A DNA stretch of 16,293 nt from an uncultured archaeon. Lineage in GTDB: Archaea > Asgardarchaeota > Lokiarchaeia > Sigyniarchaeales > SOKP01. Below, piece by piece: positions 1 through 6,603 of this stretch. Where the stretch lies: assembly GCA_964508365.1 (NCBI GenBank), contig CAZDTP010000073.1, positions 1-16,293 on the forward strand, written 5' to 3'. Below the pieces are notes generated by a model, which was not told the origin of the DNA, made no database searches, and saw nothing but the letters and a program-made list of their open reading frames with translations. The position numbers and the translations under genes were made by a program. Every line of letters begins with the position of its first letter. The first letter of the stretch is position 1.

Positions 1-636
1 TCAAAAGCAAAATTCACATTTAAATGTACTCGATGCGATAAGTGTTGTTTAGCTCGTGGGCCGATACCGATAACGTTTTGGGATCTTGAATTATGGGCTA
101 GGAATGGTGTTGTTGCGAACTTTTTACCATATATAGAGATATATAGTAAACCAGATGGAGGAATTGATTTGATCCTAAAACCTTTACCACCTCCTCCAAA
201 AGAAGGTGAAGAAGAAAAGCCACGTGACCCATTTGGTGGAGTTCCAATAGAAGATTTACTAGAAGTTAAGTGTCCCCTCTATAACAGAGAGAAAAAAGAA
301 TGTTTAGTATATGACAACCGACCTCTAAGTTGCAGAACTTATCCGTTAGAATTTGATGGAAAAAATTTCACTGTTGTCGATGTAGAATGCCCAGGAATAG
401 GTGAAGAAGGGATGACAAAGGAAGAATTAAAGGACATGAGAGACATAGCGAAACAGATGTTTTATGAGCTTACTCGCATGAGGATCGCATTACCTGTTTT
501 AAGTCAATTAATATCTCAGAAAGTAATGATGGATTTAATGAAGCAAAACATGGAAGCGATGTCGAAAATGAGCGATGAAGATCGAACAAAACTCGATGAG
601 ATTTTAAAGAAAGGACAAGAACCACAACCAGAATAA
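1..636 (+). CDS. YkgJ/UPF0153-family cysteine-cluster (putative Fe-S or Zn-binding) protein, 5'-truncated by the window edge
   Basis: Frame 1 is open from base 1 (SKAKFTFKCTRCDKCCLARG...), so the ORF-track TTG start at 169 is internal. It carries the N-terminal CxxCxxCC motif and the downstream CPLY...CLVYDNRPLSCRTYP motif typical of this family. Stop TAA at 634-636. Confidence 0.85.
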   Translation, partial: SKAKFTFKCTRCDKCCLARGPIPITFWDLELWARNGVVANFLPYIEIYSKPDGGIDLILKPLPPPPKEGEEEKPRDPFGGVPIEDLLEVKCPLYNREKKECLVYDNRPLSCRTYPLEFDGKNFTVVDVECPGIGEEGMTKEELKDMRDIAKQMFYELTRMRIALPVLSQLISQKVMMDLMKQNMEAMSKMSDEDRTKLDEILKKGQEPQPE

Positions 637-685
637 TTTTCTTTTTTTTATATTATCAGAATTGTACAAATACACATCATATAAG

Positions 686-1204
686 ATGGATACTATAACT
701 GTTAAAAATTCTTTAATCAAAATCGTGTTAGGAGATATAACAGATTTAGATACTGATGTTATAGTCAATGCTGCGAATGCTCAACTAATACTCGGTGGTG
801 GAGTAGCGGGTGCGATTAAACGGAAAGGAGGTCCAAAGATTCAAGAAGAATGCAATGAAATTGGGGGGACTTTCGTAGGTGGAGCTGTTATTACAACAGG
901 AGGGAATTTAAAAACTAAACACATTATTCATGCCGTTGGTCCTAGGATGGGTGAGGGTGATGAGGATACTAAACTAACAAATGCTGTTCTAAATAGCCTA
1001 AGATTGATGGACGAGCATGGGTTAAAAACTATCTCATTTCCAGCTATATCAACTGGAATTTTTGGATATCCTATCGATAGATGTGCAAATTTATTGATCT
1101 CTACTACAAAAAAATATCTTATTGGAGAAACTCAAATAAAAGAAGTTATTTTTTGTTTATACTCAAATCCGGATTACGAAGTTTTCAGAAAGGAGTTAAT
1201 TTAA
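686..1204 (+). CDS. Macrodomain protein (ADP-ribose/O-acetyl-ADP-ribose hydrolase, YmdB/MacroD-like)
   Basis: Motifs GDIT, VNAAN, GGGVAGAI, HAVGP and AISTGIFGYP are all present. ATG at 686 is preferred over the track's TTG at 662. Confidence 0.93.
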   Translation: MDTITVKNSLIKIVLGDITDLDTDVIVNAANAQLILGGGVAGAIKRKGGPKIQEECNEIGGTFVGGAVITTGGNLKTKHIIHAVGPRMGEGDEDTKLTNAVLNSLRLMDEHGLKTISFPAISTGIFGYPIDRCANLLISTTKKYLIGETQIKEVIFCLYSNPDYEVFRKELI

Positions 1205-1482
1205 ATTTAAAACACATCTTTTTTATTAACAATTTTTGTATACTATTTTAGTACAAATTAGTAAAAATGAAGATTTAAAAACTAGAAATAGACTATTTTT
1301 TTAACTCCATGTTTAATCACTTAATTTTTATTTTTTTCTTTTTTTTAATAGCAACACTCAATTGAAGAATTACTTTATAATAATTTGTTAATTTTATAGA
1401 TATCATTTTTAGTAATAATTTTATTAGGTACCAAAAACTTTAAAAAAAAATAATAGAAAAATAAATCTGTAGTAATTTTATA

Positions 1483-4398
1483 ATGGAGGGAAAAAAACCA
1501 AACTTTCGCTACATCAAGTTTTTCGAAGAAGTAAGATCTAATGATGTGGGTATTGTTGGAGGAAAAAACTCTTCTTTAGGAGAACTCCTTTCTTTTGGAA
1601 TCCCAGTACCATTAGGATTTGCTGTTACAGCTGATGCTTATGATTATATTTTAGAAACTAATTATTTTAGGATTAAAAACGAAGAGATAACGTTAAAGAA
1701 TTACATTAAACGGGATATTGATAGAATTGCAGAGGAACTTAAAAAAGAGGATATAAAATCAATTCAAAAGGTAGATAAATTTTGCGCTGATATCCGGTAC
1801 GTAATTGAACAAGCAAAAATACCCGATAGTTTGGCAGACGAAATAATAGAAGCATACCATATCTTGGTGGATCGAATCGGTGGTGAAAGCACTTTTGCAA
1901 TTAGAAGCTCTGCAACTGCGGAAGATTTGCCCGATGCGTCTTTCGCGGGTCAACAAGATACACACTTAAATATTTCTGGAGAAAAACAAATTTTAGAATA
2001 CATCCTTAAAGACATGGCTTCAATTTTCACAACTAGAGCTACGATGTACAGAGAAAGAGCTGGTTTCGATCACTTTACTGTTAAATTAAGTGTAGGCGTG
2101 CAAGAGATTGCTGGAGGGTTAAGAGGCGTAAAATCCTCCGGTGTTATGTTTACTGAAGATCCAGATTCGGGAAATCCAAATGTAGTTGTGATTAGGGGGA
2201 CATGGGGCTTAGGAGAACTCATCGTACAAGGTGTCGAAGCAGGTGACGAATTCATCGTTTTTAAACACGGTCCAAAGCTAAAGGTTATCAGTAGAATTTT
2301 GGTAAAAAAAGAACAGATGATGATTTTTGATACTGAAAAAGGAGGTACTATAACTCTTCCTGTTGAACAAGATAGGCAGAAGCAGTTTTGCTTAAGCGAA
2401 GATGAGATTAGAGTTTTAGCAGAATATGCTATCAAAATACGAGAACACTACGATCGACGTATGGATATCGAATGGGCTCTAGGATACGACGGTAAAATTT
2501 ACATCGTTCAAGCTCGACCTGAAACTGTTCATTCACAGAAAGGTGATACAGAAGAAATCTTTTATCTATTAGAAGATCCTCTAACTTTAACTAATGATGG
2601 CTTCTTCATTGAGAATAAAGGAACAGCGATAGGACGTAGAATCGGATATGGAAAAATTAAAATAATTGAATCTATCAACGATGCTTATTTATTAGAAGAA
2701 GGAGATATTCTAGTTACGGAAGAAACAAATCCCGATTGGACCTCTTATATGCAAAATTTAGGTGGAGTTATTACTGAACGAGGAGGACCTACTTGCCATG
2801 CTGCTATTGTCTCTCGCGAATTAAACATTGCTTCCATAGTCGGGGCGGATAATATTATTGAAATCATGAAAGAAAAACAAAGAGATGGTCTTATAAACAT
2901 CACTATTGATTGTAGTGAAGGGAAACCGCGGATCTGGCTGAAAGATGTAGAATATGATTTTGATTCTATCGAATTTGCACAACTACCAAGTACGAAGACT
3001 CAAGTTCTGGTAAATCTAGGAATTCCCAAAGGTGCTTTATCTTCAGGCAAATATCCCGATGGTACAGGTTTAGCCAGGTTAGAATTTATTATAAACGATG
3101 AGATTCGTATTCATCCTAACGCTCTGATCGAGTTTGATTCACTAGTTATGAGGTATGGAGTTCTTTTAGAACATAGAAAAAAAATAGAAAACATCAAGAA
3201 AAGTGATCTCTACCACAAGGATCCATTTAATAAAGAAATACTGAAATTGAAGGAAACTCTTGATATGATTAGGGAAATTACGACGGGTTACGAAGACAAA
3301 GAAGAATTTTATGTAGAAAAGCTAGCGGAAGGAATTGCCACTATTGCAGCCGGAGTCTGGAAGAAATTACCAAATGGGGAGTTGGCTGAATGTGTAGTTC
3401 GTCTTTCAGATTTTAAGACTAATGAGTACGCAAATCTAATTGGTGGATGGATATATGAAGGAGAAGAGAATAATCCAATGCTTGGATTTAGAGGGTGTTC
3501 ACGCTATGTTCATGAAGATTTCCAAGAAGCTTTTATTTTAGAATTGAAAGCAATTAAAAAAGCAAGAGAATGGGGATTAATTAATATAATTCCAATGCTT
3601 CCATTTTGTAGGAGTCCTCAAGAAGCGAAAAAGATTATTGAAATAATGGAAAACGAAGGATTAGTTAGAGGTCAGGATGGTCTTAAGGTCTATGTTATGG
3701 CAGAGATTCCTTCGAATATAATATGTGCAGATATATTCTGCGAATACTTCGACGGATTCAGTATCGGAAGCAATGATCTTACCCAATTAACATATGGTGT
3801 AGGTAGAGACAACGAAAAAATGATCCCCCTGATGAATAATTACGATTATAACACAAATAGTGAATCAATTCGGAGATCTGTAAGTCACTTGATTAAAACT
3901 GCCCATGAACGGAATAGAAAAGTCGGCATTTGCGGTCAAGCTCCTAGCGATGATCCAGAATTTCTAAGATTTTTGGTTAGGGAAGGTATCGATTCTATTT
4001 CACTTAACTTTGACACATTTGCGCGAGGACGAATAAATACTTGGCGAACAGAGATTATTGAAACTAAATTACCAGAAGAGAATCGAGCGAACACATATCA
4101 GTTTTTGGACAAATGTGATAATCTAATTGAAAAAATAAGAATCCCTCGAGGTAAATTAAGAAATATGGTAAGAAAGCAAAGAAAAGAGGTTGAACCGAAG
4201 TTAATAGAAACTACTGATAGATTTAATAATATTTTCTTAGAGATATCTGGAGTATCTTATAATTTCGTTAAAGACTTGAACCAAGTTGGGGGTTCAGCGT
4301 TTAGAGAAATATACGATAAATATTATAATCAGCTAACTACTTTCGGGGAAGAAATTCCAGAATTAATGAAAAAAATCCGTGAATTTGGAATTTTCTAG
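1483..4398 (+). CDS. ppsA: Phosphoenolpyruvate synthase (pyruvate, water dikinase), with extra insertions and a C-terminal extension
   Basis: VGGKNSSLGEL, RSSATAEDLPDASFAGQQDT, DIEWA, IVQARPET, phospho-His motif GGPTCHAAIVSRE, NPMLGFRG, FSIGSNDLTQL and GICGQAPSD. Confidence 0.95.
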   Translation: MEGKKPNFRYIKFFEEVRSNDVGIVGGKNSSLGELLSFGIPVPLGFAVTADAYDYILETNYFRIKNEEITLKNYIKRDIDRIAEELKKEDIKSIQKVDKFCADIRYVIEQAKIPDSLADEIIEAYHILVDRIGGESTFAIRSSATAEDLPDASFAGQQDTHLNISGEKQILEYILKDMASIFTTRATMYRERAGFDHFTVKLSVGVQEIAGGLRGVKSSGVMFTEDPDSGNPNVVVIRGTWGLGELIVQGVEAGDEFIVFKHGPKLKVISRILVKKEQMMIFDTEKGGTITLPVEQDRQKQFCLSEDEIRVLAEYAIKIREHYDRRMDIEWALGYDGKIYIVQARPETVHSQKGDTEEIFYLLEDPLTLTNDGFFIENKGTAIGRRIGYGKIKIIESINDAYLLEEGDILVTEETNPDWTSYMQNLGGVITERGGPTCHAAIVSRELNIASIVGADNIIEIMKEKQRDGLINITIDCSEGKPRIWLKDVEYDFDSIEFAQLPSTKTQVLVNLGIPKGALSSGKYPDGTGLARLEFIINDEIRIHPNALIEFDSLVMRYGVLLEHRKKIENIKKSDLYHKDPFNKEILKLKETLDMIREITTGYEDKEEFYVEKLAEGIATIAAGVWKKLPNGELAECVVRLSDFKTNEYANLIGGWIYEGEENNPMLGFRGCSRYVHEDFQEAFILELKAIKKAREWGLINIIPMLPFCRSPQEAKKIIEIMENEGLVRGQDGLKVYVMAEIPSNIICADIFCEYFDGFSIGSNDLTQLTYGVGRDNEKMIPLMNNYDYNTNSESIRRSVSHLIKTAHERNRKVGICGQAPSDDPEFLRFLVREGIDSISLNFDTFARGRINTWRTEIIETKLPEENRANTYQFLDKCDNLIEKIRIPRGKLRNMVRKQRKEVEPKLIETTDRFNNIFLEISGVSYNFVKDLNQVGGSAFREIYDKYYNQLTTFGEEIPELMKKIREFGIF

Positions 4399-4405
4399 TT
4401 TTTTT
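4399..4405 (+). terminator. Putative oligo(T) terminator after ppsA
   Basis: A T7 run immediately follows the TAG stop. A similar T-rich tract follows the stop at 636. Confidence 0.35.
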
Positions 4406-4533
4406 CATTATTACATCACTATTACTCTATATGTATTAGAAAATCAAAAAAATTAAATCTTAATTAATATTCAAAAAGATCAAGCAATAGAGTATTTTAT
4501 TAGTATTTTTTTTAGATTAAATTCAAAAGTGAG

Positions 4534-4821
4534 ATGGTTATGCCGAGGGGGCCAGAATTTACTGAGGAGATTTTGGACGCATTTTCAAAAGTTGATTATT
4601 TACTTAATGGAATGATTAATGATCGAGGCGTTCCAAGAAATATAAAGCGTGTTGCTTTAAAAGGAATCGAGGAATTAAAGCGTGAAGATGATTCTCCCGC
4701 AGTTCTTGCCAGTAGTGTGATGTATATGATTACGGACTTATCTCAAGATGCAAATATTCCATTTCATTCGCGAACGACTATTTATCGGATAATTTCACTC
4801 TTAGAAAATATAAAAGATTAA
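4534..4821 (+). CDS. UPF0147 family archaeal protein
   Basis: 95 aa with D-x-x-VPRNIKR and D-x-NIP-x-H-x-RT-x-I-x-x-I-x-S-x-LE patterns characteristic of UPF0147. Confidence 0.8.
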   Translation: MVMPRGPEFTEEILDAFSKVDYLLNGMINDRGVPRNIKRVALKGIEELKREDDSPAVLASSVMYMITDLSQDANIPFHSRTTIYRIISLLENIKD

Positions 4822-4859
4822 ATTGTATTATTTTATTTCCTTCTTATCTGTATTTCAGG

Positions 4860-4871
4860 TATAAATTTAAG
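4860..4871 (+). promoter_or_regulatory. Putative archaeal TATA box for the tRNA gene
   Basis: TATAAATTTAAG lies about 25-35 nt upstream of the mature tRNA 5' end at 4895. The background is AT-rich, so support is weak. Confidence 0.35.
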
Positions 4872-4894
4872 TTCCATACAAACGGTCCTTTATT

Positions 4895-4995
4895 GGGAAG
4901 GTGGTCTAGCTTGGAATGATACTGAAACCTATGAGTTTCAGCATTAATCTCGGTTCGGAACTGAGAGGTCGGGGGTTCAAATCCCCCCTTTCCCA
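4895..4995 (+). tRNA. tRNA-Pro(CGG) with a 27-nt intron at non-canonical position 25/26
   Basis: Acceptor stem GGGAAGG (4895-4901) pairs with CTTTCCC (4988-4994), discriminator A4995. D-loop AGCTTGGAA. Anticodon stem CTCGG (4949-4953)/CTGAG (4961-4965) with loop TTCGGAA, anticodon CGG at 4956-4958. Variable loop AGGTC. T arm GGGGG-TTCAAAT-CCCCC (4971-4987). No encoded CCA; followed by TTTT. Confidence 0.93.
4921..4947 (+). other. Archaeal tRNA intron in a bulge-helix-bulge (BHB) motif
   Basis: Hairpin CTGAAAC (4922-4928)/GTTTCAG (4935-4941). 3-nt bulge ATA (4919-4921). Central 4-bp helix AATG (4915-4918)/CATT (4942-4945). Second 3-nt bulge AAT (4946-4948). Short outer helix GG/CT. Cutting after the 2nd nt of each bulge removes 4921-4947 and restores a normal D stem and anticodon arm. 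Confidence 0.88.
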
Positions 4996-5131
4996 TTTTA
5001 CTGAAGGAATATTAATATCAAGCCATTAATTTTAACTTTTTCAATCTAAAAAGCGTTAATATTTATAATTTTAGTCAATAATTATATTAAAGAACTTTTT
5101 ACTCTTTTGTTAATAGTAATATCGCCTTACT

Positions 5132-6169
5132 ATGAAAGCAAAACTAATAAAAGGAATATTATACACTGAATTGGACGATGAACTTGGACCAAATCCATTT
5201 GTATGGTTAGGGGATATGTCCCCATTAAGTAGACTTCATATTAGTGTTAAAACAATTACAGTCCTATCAGGAGAGAGTGGTCTTATTCCAAACTCGTTAG
5301 TTATTATTCCATTTCCTTCTTTGAATTTAAAGGGTTTGATAAAATATTTACAATGGAATGAAGAATCGAAGCGAGGCGGAATTGGACAAGGAGCAATCAC
5401 CTTGTTATTTAAGGAATCTGACGACGTTATCTTTTATAAATATTTGAATTATTTCAGTGCTCCATTTGAAGAAGTGGCTGAAAAAATAACACATTTGCAG
5501 AAATCAAATGCTCCAAGAGAGAACCATATAGATGTTTTAAATGAGCTTTTCCTTACTATTGACCAATCCTTAACCGAGTTTAAAAATAACGAAATTGCTG
5601 AGGAGAATGCTAAAGCTTTTCCTAATCAAAAAATAAAAGAAGCCAATTTAATTAATTATAAATTTAAAATCATTATTTGTGGCGACCCTTCTGTCGGGAA
5701 ATCCTCATTAATATTAAGATTTACCAATAACGCGTTTCGGAGGCATTATATCCCTACACTTGGCGTTCACGTTTCGGATAAGATATTTCAAGTTAAAGAT
5801 TCTTATGTACAATTGGTATTATGGGATATCGCCGGGCAGCAGAAGTTTCAAAATATGAGGCAGCAATTTTATTTAGGATCTGATGGTTTATTCCTCATAT
5901 TTGATTTATCAGAACCAAGCTCATTAGAAAGCGTTTCAAATTGGTATTATGATATACACAACCAACTAACAGATAGACCCGCTTTAACAGGTTATGTTAT
6001 TGGGAATAAAAAAGATATTGTCCAATCTTTCGGGAGCATATCTGAAAAAGGGTCTGATATTGCGAGTTATCTTAATTTAGGATACATTGAAACCAGCGCT
6101 TTAACTGGTGAAAATGTTGAATATGCCTTTTATACTATAGCGGAATCACTTTATAACTCATTACAATAA
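5132..6169 (+). CDS. Rab-like small GTPase fused to an N-terminal longin/uDENN-like domain
   Basis: The C-terminal ~170 aa has G1 GDPSVGKS (5681-5704), G2 YIPTLG, G3 WDIAGQ, G4 NKKD and G5 ETSAL. The N-terminal ~160 aa begins with a beta-strand followed by ELDDELGP, resembling the (F)D-x-x-x-GP motif that starts uDENN/longin domains. The GTPase call is firm; the N-terminal domain call is less certain. Confidence 0.85.
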   Translation: MKAKLIKGILYTELDDELGPNPFVWLGDMSPLSRLHISVKTITVLSGESGLIPNSLVIIPFPSLNLKGLIKYLQWNEESKRGGIGQGAITLLFKESDDVIFYKYLNYFSAPFEEVAEKITHLQKSNAPRENHIDVLNELFLTIDQSLTEFKNNEIAEENAKAFPNQKIKEANLINYKFKIIICGDPSVGKSSLILRFTNNAFRRHYIPTLGVHVSDKIFQVKDSYVQLVLWDIAGQQKFQNMRQQFYLGSDGLFLIFDLSEPSSLESVSNWYYDIHNQLTDRPALTGYVIGNKKDIVQSFGSISEKGSDIASYLNLGYIETSALTGENVEYAFYTIAESLYNSLQ

Positions 6170-6222
6170 TTCTTAAAAGTGTTCATATAACGAATTTTAT
6201 ACAATAAAAAACTTCTTATCTT

Positions 6223-6603
6223 TTATAATACATAACTTTCGATAGCTCTATTAATAGCATCTATCAATTCAGCTATAGTAAAAATTTTGTCTATAAATAA
6301 AAACGCTCCAATGGATAAAGCTTCTTCTTTAACGCTAGTGTCGGCAGTTATAAATATAATTTTTACCCTATTATCCATTTGTAATATTATCTTTGACGCT
6401 TCAATCCCACTCATTTCGGGCATTCGCTGGTCCATTAAAATAATTTTAGGCTTGTTTGGAAACAATTTGAACATGGAAATTGCTTCTATTCCGTTGTTGG
6501 CAATACCTGCCACTTTAAAACCGTTAAAAGTTAGAATTTGCTTGTAAAAGATTTGAAGCGAAGGTTCGTCGTCAACGATAAATATATCCTCTATTTTAAT
6601 CAA
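6223..6603 (-). CDS. Stand-alone CheY-like response regulator (receiver domain only)
   Basis: IFIVDDE acidic pocket, phosphoacceptor in ILMDQRMPEMSG, conserved Thr in FITAD and Lys in IDKIF. The TTG start overlaps the upstream kinase stop by 8 nt. Confidence 0.92.
   Translation of the reverse strand: MIKIEDIFIVDDEPSLQIFYKQILTFNGFKVAGIANNGIEAISMFKLFPNKPKIILMDQRMPEMSGIEASKIILQMDNRVKIIFITADTSVKEEALSIGAFLFIDKIFTIAELIDAINRAIESYVL

Noticed and set aside
1365-1380. 16-bp sequence AAGAATTACTTTATAA repeated in inverted orientation at 14485-14500
   Set aside because: It is very AT-rich, and a rough estimate gives on the order of one such match by chance in 16 kb at this composition. There is no transposase or target-site duplication.
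1759-2435. Antisense ORFs 1759-1965 and 2070-2435
   Set aside because: They lie wholly opposite the well-supported ppsA and have no recognisable motifs.
4895-5131. tRNA as an integration site for a mobile element
   Set aside because: No duplicate of the tRNA 3' end, integrase or compositional shift was seen in the window.
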